A stretch of DNA of 32,000 nt, taken from contig NZ_LT606950.1 of the NCBI RefSeq assembly GCF_900095195.1, positions 1,415,879-1,447,878 on the forward strand. The letters run 5' to 3'. Position 1 is the stretch's first letter; every line of letters begins with the position of its first letter. Source of the stretch: Polynucleobacter necessarius. Lineage in GTDB: Bacteria; Pseudomonadota; Gammaproteobacteria; Burkholderiales; Burkholderiaceae. Position numbers and translations under genes: made by a program. The notes beneath the pieces are model-generated. The model worked only from the letters and a program-made list of their open reading frames with translations. It searched no databases and was not told the DNA's origin. This document shows positions 11,179-20,777 of this stretch, piece after piece.

Positions 11179-12692
11179 TATTTTTTACCCTTTACAACCT
11201 TCTTAACAACTTTCTTTGCCACTTTCTTTTTAGTAGCTTTATTTATAGCTACTTTTTTAGTGCTGACTTTTTTTGCTGTAACAGCCTTTTCTTTTTTAAC
11301 TGGGCGTTGCCACTGCAAAGAAATTTGTTTAGCCCTGGATACAGTTAACTGATTAGCGGGCGCATCTTTAGTAAGCGTTGTTCCAGCTCCAAGTGTTGCA
11401 CCGCGACGAACACGTACCGGGGCAACCAGCTGAGTGTCCGAGCCAATAAACACATCATCTTCAATAATGGTTTGGTGCTTATTTACACCATCATAATTGC
11501 ATGTAATCGTGCCCGCCCCAATGTTTACTCTTGCACCAACAATCGAGTCACCGACATACGCTAAGTGATTGGCCTTGCTGTTCGCGGAAATTTTGCTATT
11601 TTTCACTTCAACAAAATTACCAATATGCACATCATTCGATAAATCTGCCCCGGGACGTAAACGCGCATAAGGCCCGATCACCGAGTGGCTACCAACTTTT
11701 GCGCCATCGAGATGGCTATAAGCGTGAATCGAAACCGCTTTACCGATTTCGCTATTGCGAATCACGCAGTAAGGGCCAACCTTTGTACCTGAGGCTAATG
11801 TAACGCAGCCTTCAAATATGCAACCTACATCAATGGATACATCAGTGCCACACTCTAACGTTCCACGCACATCAATGCGTTCAGGGTCCGCAAGAGATAC
11901 ACCCGCATCCATTAATTGGCTAGCAATATTAAGTTGATGAACTCGCTCAAGTGCAGCCAGTTGATCGCGACTGTTAACACCAATCGTCTCAAACTCATGG
12001 TCGGCTTGAGCGGTGCGAATAGGCACACCATCTTTAACAGCCATCGCAATGACATCTGTTAAATAGTATTCACCTTGTGCATTGCTAGCACGTAACGCTT
12101 TGAGCCATTTTTTTAGAGCATTTGTTGGGAGCACCATAATGCCCGTATTAATTTCTTGAATCGCTTTTTGGGAGGCTGATGCATCCTTCTCTTCGACAAT
12201 CTCTTTAACGGATCCATCCGCATCGCGCACGATACGGCCATAACCCGTTGGATTCAGTAAATGCTGAGTAAGTAGTGCCAATGCTGAATCTTTGCCACGA
12301 ACACCATTTGCTAACTTTGCTAGGGTGCTCAACGTTTTCTGCGTGGTAAGCGGTACATCGCCATACAACACTAAAGTAGGTTCGCTTACATCAAGCTTGG
12401 GAAGGGCTTGCAAGAGCGCATGCCCTGTGCCTTTTTGTTGTGCTTGAAGTGCGGTGCTTACTTTGCTAAATCGAGAGTCTTCTTTTGCAGCAATAGCCAA
12501 AAATGCTTCTACATCTTTTGTGCCATGACCGACTACGGCGATCGGACCCTTTTTCGAGGTCTTACCTTGTAAAGATAAAGCAGTATTCAGAACATGCTGA
12601 AGCAGCGGCCTGCCTGCCAGGGTTTGCAAAACCTTGGGCAACGCAGACTTCATCCGCTTTCCTTGCCCTGCAGCCAATATGACGATATTCAT
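11178..12692 (-). CDS. glmU: Bifunctional GlcNAc-1-P uridyltransferase / GlcN-1-P acetyltransferase with an extra Lys-rich C-terminal tail
   Basis: 504 aa with N-terminal [11 protein letters not shown] and C-terminal hexapeptide-repeat (left-handed beta-helix) region. After the usual end (...WQRPVKK) come 37 more residues, [37 protein letters not shown]. The stop overlaps the glmS start by 1 nt (TAATG). Confidence 0.95.
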   Translation of the reverse strand: MNIVILAAGQGKRMKSALPKVLQTLAGRPLLQHVLNTALSLQGKTSKKGPIAVVGHGTKDVEAFLAIAAKEDSRFSKVSTALQAQQKGTGHALLQALPKLDVSEPTLVLYGDVPLTTQKTLSTLAKLANGVRGKDSALALLTQHLLNPTGYGRIVRDADGSVKEIVEEKDASASQKAIQEINTGIMVLPTNALKKWLKALRASNAQGEYYLTDVIAMAVKDGVPIRTAQADHEFETIGVNSRDQLAALERVHQLNIASQLMDAGVSLADPERIDVRGTLECGTDVSIDVGCIFEGCVTLASGTKVGPYCVIRNSEIGKAVSIHAYSHLDGAKVGSHSVIGPYARLRPGADLSNDVHIGNFVEVKNSKISANSKANHLAYVGDSIVGARVNIGAGTITCNYDGVNKHQTIIEDDVFIGSDTQLVAPVRVRRGATLGAGTTLTKDAPANQLTVSRAKQISLQWQRPVKKEKAVTAKKVSTKKVAINKATKKKVAKKVVKKVVKGKK

Positions 12693-13597
12693 AAAAGAGG
12701 ATTATAAGCCCCCTGAATTAGGGTTCCGCAAGCTAATTCGTCTAATTCTGCCTCATCGATCGCCTTATCTCCCGCAGATCTAGCAGCAATTCCAGTTAAC
12801 TCAGTCGAGAGCTTCAGATTTTGAAAATCAAATGCTTCGCTATCCATCAAATGGGAGGGTACGATGTGGTGCATGGAGCGGAACACATTTTCTACACGCC
12901 CAGGATGCTTTCTCTCCCAATCACGCAACATCTCTTTCATAACTTGGCGTTGAAGATTAGGCTGACTGCCACATAAATCGCAGGGAATAATTGGGAAGCT
13001 CATATCTCCCGCATAACGCTCTAGTAATTTTTCTGGAACATAGGCCAAAGGGCGAATCACGATATGCTTGCCATCATCCGATCGCAGCTTTGGTGGCATC
13101 CCTTTAAGTTTTCCAGCGTAAAACATATTGAGCATCAAGGTTTCTAAAATGTCGCCGCGATGATGTCCTAGCGCAATTTTTGTGGCGCCCAATTCATCTG
13201 CAACACGATACAAAATACCGCGCCGCAAACGAGAACATAAGCCACACGTTTTTTTACCCTCCGGGATAACCCGCTTCACAATATCGTAGGTATCTTGCTC
13301 TTCAATATGAAACGGGATATCTAAGCTCTTAAGATAGCTTGGCAGTATCTCTGCGGGAAAATTCGGCTGCTTTTGATCCAGGTTTACTGCAACAATATCG
13401 AAACGAATAGGGGCACGTTTACGCAGCTTCATCAATATGTCGAGCATTGCATAACTGTCCTTGCCTCCAGACAGGCACACCATGACTTTATCGCCGTCTT
13501 CGATCATGCCAAAGTCGCCAATAGCTTGCCCGACTAGGCGGCAGAGTTTTTTCTCTAGCTTATTTTCTTCAAAGAGAACTTTTCGTATATCGCCCAT
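12689..13597 (-). CDS. ttcA: tRNA 2-thiocytidine(32) synthetase TtcA
   Basis: 302 aa with PP-loop SGGKDS and cysteine motifs [10 protein letters not shown] and CDLCGSQ. ATGA overlap with the glmU start. Confidence 0.93.
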   Translation of the reverse strand: MGDIRKVLFEENKLEKKLCRLVGQAIGDFGMIEDGDKVMVCLSGGKDSYAMLDILMKLRKRAPIRFDIVAVNLDQKQPNFPAEILPSYLKSLDIPFHIEEQDTYDIVKRVIPEGKKTCGLCSRLRRGILYRVADELGATKIALGHHRGDILETLMLNMFYAGKLKGMPPKLRSDDGKHIVIRPLAYVPEKLLERYAGDMSFPIIPCDLCGSQPNLQRQVMKEMLRDWERKHPGRVENVFRSMHHIVPSHLMDSEAFDFQNLKLSTELTGIAARSAGDKAIDEAELDELACGTLIQGAYNPLL

Positions 13598-13622
13598 GAC
13601 TATTCTATTTTTCTCAACCCTT

Positions 13623-14006
13623 TTACGGGGATTTAATTCTAAAAACCTCGATTCCTACAGAGTGGCAATCCGGATAAACATCTGGCTTTGAGGTGCTAAC
13701 CCGCGCCGCCAAGACTTTGGGATGAGCCAACATCGCACTCACAATGTCATCACAGAAGGTTTCCTGCAAATGAATATGGCCTTTCGAGGCAATCGCACGA
13801 ATGGTCTCGCGCATAAAGTCATAATCTACCACCTCATCCAGTTGATCTTTAGTGGGTGTATTCATCGACAAGGGAATATATAAGTCCACATTGGGAATGA
13901 CGCGTTGCTCTGCTTTTTTCTCAAAATCGTGTACACCAATATTGATGTAAATCTCATAGTCACGCAAAAACAAACGTCGACAATCAATGAGAGCGTGATG
14001 AGGCAT
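13623..14006 (-). CDS. folB: Dihydroneopterin aldolase family protein (FolB/FolX-like)
   Basis: 127 aa. The size and sequence pattern ([11 protein letters not shown]...VVDYDFM...[10 protein letters not shown]) match my recollection of the FolB family, and it sits beside a pteridine-reductase-like SDR. Confidence 0.7.
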   Translation of the reverse strand: MPHHALIDCRRLFLRDYEIYINIGVHDFEKKAEQRVIPNVDLYIPLSMNTPTKDQLDEVVDYDFMRETIRAIASKGHIHLQETFCDDIVSAMLAHPKVLAARVSTSKPDVYPDCHSVGIEVFRIKSP

Positions 14007-14029
14007 ATAAAGTGGTTTTTTAGAACGAA

Positions 14030-14844
14030 TTAAATTGTTTTAAACATCACATCTCGGGTAGATGGCAATAAGTGTTGGCCACCGTCTACATAAAGAGTGG
14101 TGCCGGTGATCGCATTTGCTTCTGCCAAAAATACTGCAGCCCTTGCAATATCTATTGGAGTGGAAGATTTTCCTAGAGGTGTCATTTGATGGGCTTTCAT
14201 AAAACCTGCTTCTGTTTGATCACCTGAAGGCAAAGAAATTCCTGGCGCTAGCCCAACGACTCGTAGATATGGTGCGAAATCCATTGCTAATAGTTCAACC
14301 GAAGTTGCTAGCGCTGCTTTTGATAAGGTGTAAGACAAAAAATCTGGATTTGAGTTGATCAACTTTTGATCAAGCAATTGAATAACCGATAGGACTGAAT
14401 CCAAGCGCTCCGTCACTTGATTTCTTTATGAAACTCAAACATCTGCTGTGCTAGCAAAATTGGAGCCGTTAAATTTACGCGCATATGCTCCACCAAACGT
14501 TTGCTACTTAATGGCGCCTCTGAATTTGCGCGATCGTATTCAAAGATTGATGCGCTATTTACCAAAGAATGCAAATTCAAAAATTGCTGGCTTACTTGAG
14601 AAAATAGGTCCTGAACTGCTTGCTCACTTGCTAAGTCTGCCTGGAATGCCTCTGCGTTGACACCGAATGCCCGAATCTGAGCAACTGTATCTTGGGCCTC
14701 TTTTTCAGATCGACCATAATGAACAGCAACATCCCATCCTTGACGCCCAAAATGAATGGCAATCTCTCGACCGATGCACTTTGCTGCGCCAGTCACCAAA
14801 ACGGCTTTTCTGGGTTCGGATGGGGTGGTTGAACTAGGGTTCAA
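14030..14844 (-). pseudogene. SDR-family oxidoreductase (FolM / pteridine-reductase-like), split by a frameshift
   Basis: The N-terminal ORF (14413-14844) carries VLVTGAAKCIGREIA and ends ...FEFHKEIK*. The C-terminal ORF (14030-14416), in another frame, carries the rest of the same fold (VIQLLDQK...PDFLSYTLSKAAL with YxxxK, ...TGTTLYVDGG). The second frame only opens after a TAA within about 15 nt of the first frame's stop, so a single indel near 14411-14432 explains the split. Confidence 0.8.
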
Positions 14845-14869
14845 TTAAATTCTCTTAGACTAGCGAGCT

Positions 14870-16057
14870 ATGGATATTACCTTGACCAGCCTTGAAACGG
14901 AGCATAGCGAGCTTCTGAAGGCCAAAATAGCCTCTCAAATCGCCTCCAATGGTGGCTGGATACCCTTTTCACGTTATATGGAAATGGCTCTCTACGAGCC
15001 AGGAATGGGCTATTACAGCGCTGGCGCTCATAAGCTCGGGTCTGGCGGAGACTTTACAACTGCGCCAGAGTTAAGCCCATTATTTGGGGCGGCAATTTGT
15101 TCAACCCTCATTCCAGTTCTTGAGGGACTCAAAGCCCAAGGTTTACCCACTCAAATTTTGGAGTTTGGCGCTGGCACAGGAAAGCTGGCGACATCCATTT
15201 TGATGCGTTTAAATACGCTTGGTTTTCGATTGGATCGCTATGACATCGTGGAAATTTCTCCAGACCTAGCGCAACGCCAACAAGAACGCATTTTTAATAC
15301 GATCACGCAACTCAATAGTAAGACGCAATGTGATTGGGTTACATCACTACCGAATGATTTCAAAGGGGTGATTCTTGCTAATGAAGTAATTGATGCCATT
15401 CCATGTGATGTCATCATTTATCGACAAGGATTTTGGTATTGGTACGGGGTTTCATTTAAACATGGCAAGCTGGCGTGGAAAGTTGGCAACCCAGTAAACC
15501 AAGCGATGCTTCCTGAAACATTATTAATTAGCAGCTTTCCAGAGGGTTATGTTACTGAACTACATGCTCCCGCTAATGCATGGATGCATCATGTTGCAAA
15601 ACAACTTCACAGCGGACTATTTTTGACATCTGATTACGGCTTTCCAGAGGGCGAGTACTACCACCCACAAAGAATCTCTGGCACCCTGATGGCACACCAT
15701 CGTCATCATGCCATTCAGGATCTGTTCCATTTGCCAGGTCTGTGTGATATCACCACTCATGTGCAATGGTCACAGATCGCTCAAAATGCTCTTGCTGAAA
15801 ATGCCGATGATGTTTTTTTGACAAACCAGGCCGCCTATTTGTTGGACGCCGGGATTGGAGAAATTGCATTGGAAGAGGGTGACCCAAGCAATCCGGAAAC
15901 ATTTTTGCCCATCTCAAATGGATTGCAAAAATTATTATCTGAGGCGGAGATGGGCGAACTGTTTAAAGCCTTTGCTTTTTCAAAAAATCTTCAAGTGTTA
16001 TTGCCCGGAGCCACCCTAGAAGATCTGCCGGGACTTCGAGGTAGAAATAGAATTTAA
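14870..16057 (+). CDS. Class I SAM-dependent methyltransferase (COG1565 / NDUFAF7-MidA-like)
   Basis: 395 aa with GGDFTTAPELSPLFG and EFGAGTGKLA motifs characteristic of this family. Confidence 0.8.
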   Translation: MDITLTSLETEHSELLKAKIASQIASNGGWIPFSRYMEMALYEPGMGYYSAGAHKLGSGGDFTTAPELSPLFGAAICSTLIPVLEGLKAQGLPTQILEFGAGTGKLATSILMRLNTLGFRLDRYDIVEISPDLAQRQQERIFNTITQLNSKTQCDWVTSLPNDFKGVILANEVIDAIPCDVIIYRQGFWYWYGVSFKHGKLAWKVGNPVNQAMLPETLLISSFPEGYVTELHAPANAWMHHVAKQLHSGLFLTSDYGFPEGEYYHPQRISGTLMAHHRHHAIQDLFHLPGLCDITTHVQWSQIAQNALAENADDVFLTNQAAYLLDAGIGEIALEEGDPSNPETFLPISNGLQKLLSEAEMGELFKAFAFSKNLQVLLPGATLEDLPGLRGRNRI

Positions 16058-17187
16058 GAATTCTTCTGAAGTGCGGCTGTAATAACTGCCAAGCGCGCTA
16101 CCTCAAATGCGCTACCAATTCGCTCTCCATTTGACCGATCCTGCGCGGCAACACCAGCAATAATCTCTGCGGTATTGAGAGCTTGAGCATCTCGCATTGC
16201 TTGAATCAATGGAAAAACATTGAATCCGATTTTTTGCGCCAGATCGAGTAGTGTCTGAGCCCGATCTGGCTTGCGCCAGATATCTGCGCGATTAAACCAC
16301 GCCAAAACATCAACAGCTTGATATACACCATTGGTCCGATTCATAAAAGCAATGAGCTCGCTGAAGATCTCGCTGAAGTCTCGAACATCCGCTGGCATAC
16401 GAATACAGTCTGCCCAAGACCGAATCTCACTGGCTGGCATATGCATTACTAAGATTGCGCAGCGCTCACTCAAGTCATTTTTTTTGAAATCGAAATACGC
16501 AATCAGCGTTTCACGAAAAGTCTCTTGTGCAAACAGCGTATTTAACGTTGGGGGGAGAATCGTTTTAGCTGCTCCCGTATTCAGAAGCACTTGAAACATG
16601 TGCATCGGTTTGCTGGAGACCAAGCCTTTCGCAAGTTCTTGCCAAATACGCTCAGCCGATAGGGTAGTCAATTCATCCGCCTGCACAATCGCTTTTAATG
16701 CCTGCATAGTTTCATCTGCAATACGAAACTCTGGAAAGCGCGCAGCAAAACGGGCAATCCTCAATAGTCGCAGTGGGTCTTCTGCAAATGCGTCGGATAC
16801 ATGACGAAACACTTTTGCCGCTAAATCCTCTTGCCCGTTATAAGAATCGAAAATTGGGCCGACCAATTCTCCATTCTCATTTACTTCCTGAGCCATGGCA
16901 TTGATTGTCAGGTCACGGCGTTGTAAATCCTGCTCTAAGCTAACTGATGGATCGGCATAAAAATGAAAACCTTTATAGCCTTTACCTGTTTTACGCTCTG
17001 TACGCGCTAATGCATACTCCGCCTGTGTTTCGGGGTGCAAAAAAACCGGGAAATCTTTGCCCACTGGACGAAAACCTTTAGCAATCATTTCTTCGACAGA
17101 AGAACCGACCACGACATAATCAATATCGTGCGTCGGCAAGCCCATCAAGGCATCCCGAATAGCGCCACCAACGGCGTAAATCTTCAT
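16054..17187 (-). CDS. cca: CCA tRNA nucleotidyltransferase (class II) with a degenerate C-terminal HD region
   Basis: 377 aa. The N-terminus MKIYAVGGAIRDALMGLPTHDIDYVVVG, RTERKTGKGYKGF and RRDLTINAMA are typical. The C-terminal half lacks recognisable HD-domain metal ligands (see findings). Confidence 0.9.
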   Translation of the reverse strand: MKIYAVGGAIRDALMGLPTHDIDYVVVGSSVEEMIAKGFRPVGKDFPVFLHPETQAEYALARTERKTGKGYKGFHFYADPSVSLEQDLQRRDLTINAMAQEVNENGELVGPIFDSYNGQEDLAAKVFRHVSDAFAEDPLRLLRIARFAARFPEFRIADETMQALKAIVQADELTTLSAERIWQELAKGLVSSKPMHMFQVLLNTGAAKTILPPTLNTLFAQETFRETLIAYFDFKKNDLSERCAILVMHMPASEIRSWADCIRMPADVRDFSEIFSELIAFMNRTNGVYQAVDVLAWFNRADIWRKPDRAQTLLDLAQKIGFNVFPLIQAMRDAQALNTAEIIAGVAAQDRSNGERIGSAFEVARLAVITAALQKNS

Positions 17188-18096
17188 TTACTGATTGCCT
17201 TCTAAGCTACGATGACTTAAGTTAAAGACTTTCGTTAGAGCATCGACCCCCTCAGGAGATAATGTATTGGGTAAACTCATTGAAGCAATATTGTCCCGAG
17301 ACATTAATGTTGGTCCCGGCAAGAATTCAAAAGCGAATGCCTGCAGATACCCCACAACTGCAGGCACAGGAATAATGGCGCAAGATGTTTTTGCTTTGCG
17401 CGCAGCAAATTCCACGATCTCTTTCATGGAGTAAACCTTGAGACCCACCAAATCATAGGATTGATGAATGGTTTTGGGCATGGTCAATGACCTTACAAAT
17501 GCACTCGCAACATCATCTACACTTACCGACTGAAATTTAGCTTGGTGATTGGCCAATGGCATCGCTGGAAATAGCTTGGTGAGCTTTGCAAATAAATTGA
17601 TAAATTGATCTTGCGCACCAAAAATGACGGATGGTCTAAAAATAGTCCAATTTAAGTCGCTTGCTCTCACTACGGCTTCACCATCGCCATTACTTCGCTG
17701 ATACATAGATGGCCCATGGGGGTCTGCGCCAAGGGCACTCATGTGAAGGTAGCGCTTGAGGCCATGCAACTGCATAGCAGTAATAATGTTCTTAGATAGA
17801 TCTACGTGTGCCGCTTTAAATACCTTGCCATAAGGTTGCAAAGGCTTATCGTGTAACACACCAACCAAATTAATGACTGCTCCATTTCGCTGAATGCGAG
17901 AGCACAGATACTGCAACTCATCAAAGTCATGAATATCAGCCTCTTCTAAGTGAATTTTTGGCAACATTCTGAGCTCACGTCCTGCAGTAGGATGCGCAGA
18001 TGGAATTAACACTGAATATCCAGCGGTCTGTAATTGTGCGGCCATAGTGCGCCCAACAAACCCATTGCCGCCAATTAACAAAATGTCATATTGCAT
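17188..18096 (-). CDS. NAD(P)-binding atypical/extended SDR (NDUFA9-like epimerase/dehydratase family)
   Basis: 302 aa with Rossmann motif LLIGGNGFVGR. The expected YxxxK reads YQRSN (Lys replaced by Asn, codon 17689-17691). Confidence 0.75.
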   Translation of the reverse strand: MQYDILLIGGNGFVGRTMAAQLQTAGYSVLIPSAHPTAGRELRMLPKIHLEEADIHDFDELQYLCSRIQRNGAVINLVGVLHDKPLQPYGKVFKAAHVDLSKNIITAMQLHGLKRYLHMSALGADPHGPSMYQRSNGDGEAVVRASDLNWTIFRPSVIFGAQDQFINLFAKLTKLFPAMPLANHQAKFQSVSVDDVASAFVRSLTMPKTIHQSYDLVGLKVYSMKEIVEFAARKAKTSCAIIPVPAVVGYLQAFAFEFLPGPTLMSRDNIASMSLPNTLSPEGVDALTKVFNLSHRSLEGNQ

Positions 18097-18112
18097 AGCA
18101 TCTCCACTTTAA

Positions 18113-20071
18113 TTAGGGCAATTCAGAGGGTGTTGCCGCTTTTGGCGCAATGACACTGAGCCGTTGTTTTAAAGATTGCACTTGCCCATTCATTACAGAT
18201 GAATAGTAATTTGCATTTGATAAAACATTCTTGACATAAGTACGCGTTTCATTAAGCGGAATCGTTTCAGTAAAAATAGCGCCTTCAGTAGGGCCTGTCA
18301 GCTTTTCGCGCCAGGCCTTCGAACGTGAAGGGCCTGCGTTATAAGCTGCTGAAGCCAGCACCCAAGAGCCATTTAAATCAATTAGCACCATATTGAGGTA
18401 GTTGCTGCCAAGAGTTAAGTTTGTATTGGTATCGCTTAACTTATCGTTTGTGTAATTTGTCATGCCGATTTTCTTAGCAACATACTTTGCAGTGTTTGGC
18501 ATGACCTGCATCAGACCAGATGCACCAACTGAAGAAGATGCATTCATAATGAAGCGAGACTCTTGACGAATGAGCCCATATGCCCAAGCAAGATTTAAAT
18601 CGCTTTGTCTTGCAATCGGCGAAAGCTCATCGCGGAATGGGGTTGGATAGCGCAAACTAAAGTCATGCTCTTGTTTAGTGCGATCAGCAGTATTAACAAC
18701 GCGGTCATATAAATGGATACGCTTGGCATGCTCAGCAGCAGCTAATAGTTGTCGGTCTGTCATGTTGCGTAATTCCCAATTCCACTCACGATTTCCTTCA
18801 AAGCGCAGATTCATAGCATATAAACGCTCTCCGCGTATAAAGCCCTTACGAGTAGCCATTGCATCAATTTCTTGTTCAGTCACTTTTGTGCGTGAAGGTG
18901 CATGGTTCGATTTGCCCAACTCCTCTCGTGCTAATTGACCATAAAAGTTATATTGATCTGCAATCAGCTCAAAGCTCTCTTTGGCTTTTGCCTCTTGCCA
19001 TTCCGCCTTCAATGCACGGCCATACCAGTATGTCCAAGCAGGATCTTTGCTGCGCACTGCAGGATTCATACCATCAATAGCATTCTTTACAAGTGCCCAA
19101 TCTTTGGCGCGCAAGCCAGCGCGAACTTTCCACTCTTGCGACTCCACTGAAAGCAATTCGTTGTAACCCAACTCTTGTTGAAAGCGATAAGCGTCATCAG
19201 CATTAGGGTCTAATTTTTTGGCTAAAAATTGTCCAATGACACCCCAAGCTACTGCTTGATTTTCTTTGCTATAGTGCGATGCAGTTTGCAAAAAGTCTCG
19301 ATACGCTTTTGCAGGATCAGCTTTAGCAGCTTTCACAATATCGTCAATAGGATCATCGCCACCAAGGCGTTTGGCCATGGTATCAAAACCCCGTTCACTC
19401 GCAGCACGGCCAATTGCTTTTGCCTCGCTTGGCGTCATCCCACCAGCCCCTACTAAAGAGGGCACCAATTCCTGACATGCTTGGCCAAAGTAACTGGGGT
19501 CCAACAGAATGGCCCTCGAATCAATCGCCAACTTTGTAGGGTTTTCACCCTGCGATAACTTTGATAGCAAAGAATAGCATTTCACTTGGGTGTCATCATC
19601 CAGGACAAACTTCGCATATTCAGCATCAAAGCGCGCCCAATCTTTTCGTTTACCCAAAACTAATAGCCAATCATTGCGCAAGCGATCTGCTAGAGCAGTA
19701 CCCTGATACTGGTTCAAGAATGCAGCTACTTGCGCATCTGCACTATAGTCATTGCGGGCTCCGCCAGCACTGTCAAACAATTGAGGCTTAATTCGAAAGT
19801 AAGCCACGTAGTCATCAAATTGGTAATTCACCAAATTGGATGAGAGCTGTTGTGTCCGAAACACATCATTCTTCTTAGCGGCCTCACGCAGATCGATAAA
19901 CATCCGATCGGTGTCGGTAATCTCGGGGGGCGCTGACTTACTTTCAAAGGACTTAGGTAAGTGTGGCTTTTTGGACTTTTCAGCAAACGCATAGGGCGAA
20001 TTTAGGGCCAGGCCCAAAATTAAAATCTTGACCCACTGATGGCAAATACGAATTTTTGACTTCTTTTCCAC
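18113..20071 (-). CDS. slt: Soluble lytic murein transglycosylase (Slt70-like)
   Basis: 652 aa with a signal peptide (KILILGLALNSPYAFA), a long helical N-terminal region, and a C-terminal SLT domain with catalytic ESRF, GASGLMQVMP and AAYNAGPSR. Confidence 0.9.
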   Translation of the reverse strand: MEKKSKIRICHQWVKILILGLALNSPYAFAEKSKKPHLPKSFESKSAPPEITDTDRMFIDLREAAKKNDVFRTQQLSSNLVNYQFDDYVAYFRIKPQLFDSAGGARNDYSADAQVAAFLNQYQGTALADRLRNDWLLVLGKRKDWARFDAEYAKFVLDDDTQVKCYSLLSKLSQGENPTKLAIDSRAILLDPSYFGQACQELVPSLVGAGGMTPSEAKAIGRAASERGFDTMAKRLGGDDPIDDIVKAAKADPAKAYRDFLQTASHYSKENQAVAWGVIGQFLAKKLDPNADDAYRFQQELGYNELLSVESQEWKVRAGLRAKDWALVKNAIDGMNPAVRSKDPAWTYWYGRALKAEWQEAKAKESFELIADQYNFYGQLAREELGKSNHAPSRTKVTEQEIDAMATRKGFIRGERLYAMNLRFEGNREWNWELRNMTDRQLLAAAEHAKRIHLYDRVVNTADRTKQEHDFSLRYPTPFRDELSPIARQSDLNLAWAYGLIRQESRFIMNASSSVGASGLMQVMPNTAKYVAKKIGMTNYTNDKLSDTNTNLTLGSNYLNMVLIDLNGSWVLASAAYNAGPSRSKAWREKLTGPTEGAIFTETIPLNETRTYVKNVLSNANYYSSVMNGQVQSLKQRLSVIAPKAATPSELP

Positions 20072-20149
20072 TATCCAACCTTATACAAATATCTTCAATA
20101 CTTCTTTTGCATCAACTTAATTACTATATCTTCTAATTTTCACCCGATA

Positions 20150-20776
20150 ATGGCCGATATGCACGGGAATTCACCAAAAACACTTCGCCAAGAATTATTA
20201 AAACAACGCAAAGAATTTGCTGCGGGGAATAACTACGCACCAGCTTCCGGCGCAATCATTACCAGTCTGAATACCTTTTTAGAAAACGAAGGAGCTTATT
20301 TAAAAGCAATCGCCTTGTACTGGCCTATCCAAGATGAGCTGGATTTGCGACCAGCACTTATAGAATGGTCAAATCAGTCTGCAGACCGTCAACTGGCGCT
20401 CCCCTTCGCGCGGCCCGATAAGCAGCTCGATTTTTATCGATGGGCAACGGGAGACAGCCTCATTCCAAATCAGCATGGCGTACCTGAGCCAGACCCGAAC
20501 AATCCAAATAGACCCGCAATCTCACCCGAGTGCATCTTGATACCTTGCGTGGGGTGGTCAAGGTCAGAATTAAACGGAAAATCGCGTTATTGGCGCTTTG
20601 GTTATGGAGGCGGCTATTTTGATCGTACGCTTTCCGTTTTACGCAAAAAAAATCCCAAGCTTATTTGCATTGGGATTGGATTTGGTTGGCAAAAATTAAA
20701 TGGCAATCAATGGACAGCGCAAAACCACGACGAGCCTCTAGATAAGCTACTCACAGAATCAGGTTTGCACCACTAA
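20150..20776 (+). CDS. 5-formyltetrahydrofolate cyclo-ligase
   Basis: 208 aa with an N-terminal LRQELLKQRKEF pattern and the conserved GYGGGYFDRTL motif of the MTHFS family. Confidence 0.8.
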   Translation: MADMHGNSPKTLRQELLKQRKEFAAGNNYAPASGAIITSLNTFLENEGAYLKAIALYWPIQDELDLRPALIEWSNQSADRQLALPFARPDKQLDFYRWATGDSLIPNQHGVPEPDPNNPNRPAISPECILIPCVGWSRSELNGKSRYWRFGYGGGYFDRTLSVLRKKNPKLICIGIGFGWQKLNGNQWTAQNHDEPLDKLLTESGLHH

Positions 20777-20777
20777 G

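Noticed and set aside
20072-20149. 6S RNA (ssrS), which in many proteobacteria lies immediately upstream of the 5-formyl-THF cyclo-ligase gene
   Set aside because: Only 78 nt of AT-rich spacer is available before the divergently oriented slt start, which has a good signal peptide. No long imperfect helix with closing GC-rich stems is present.
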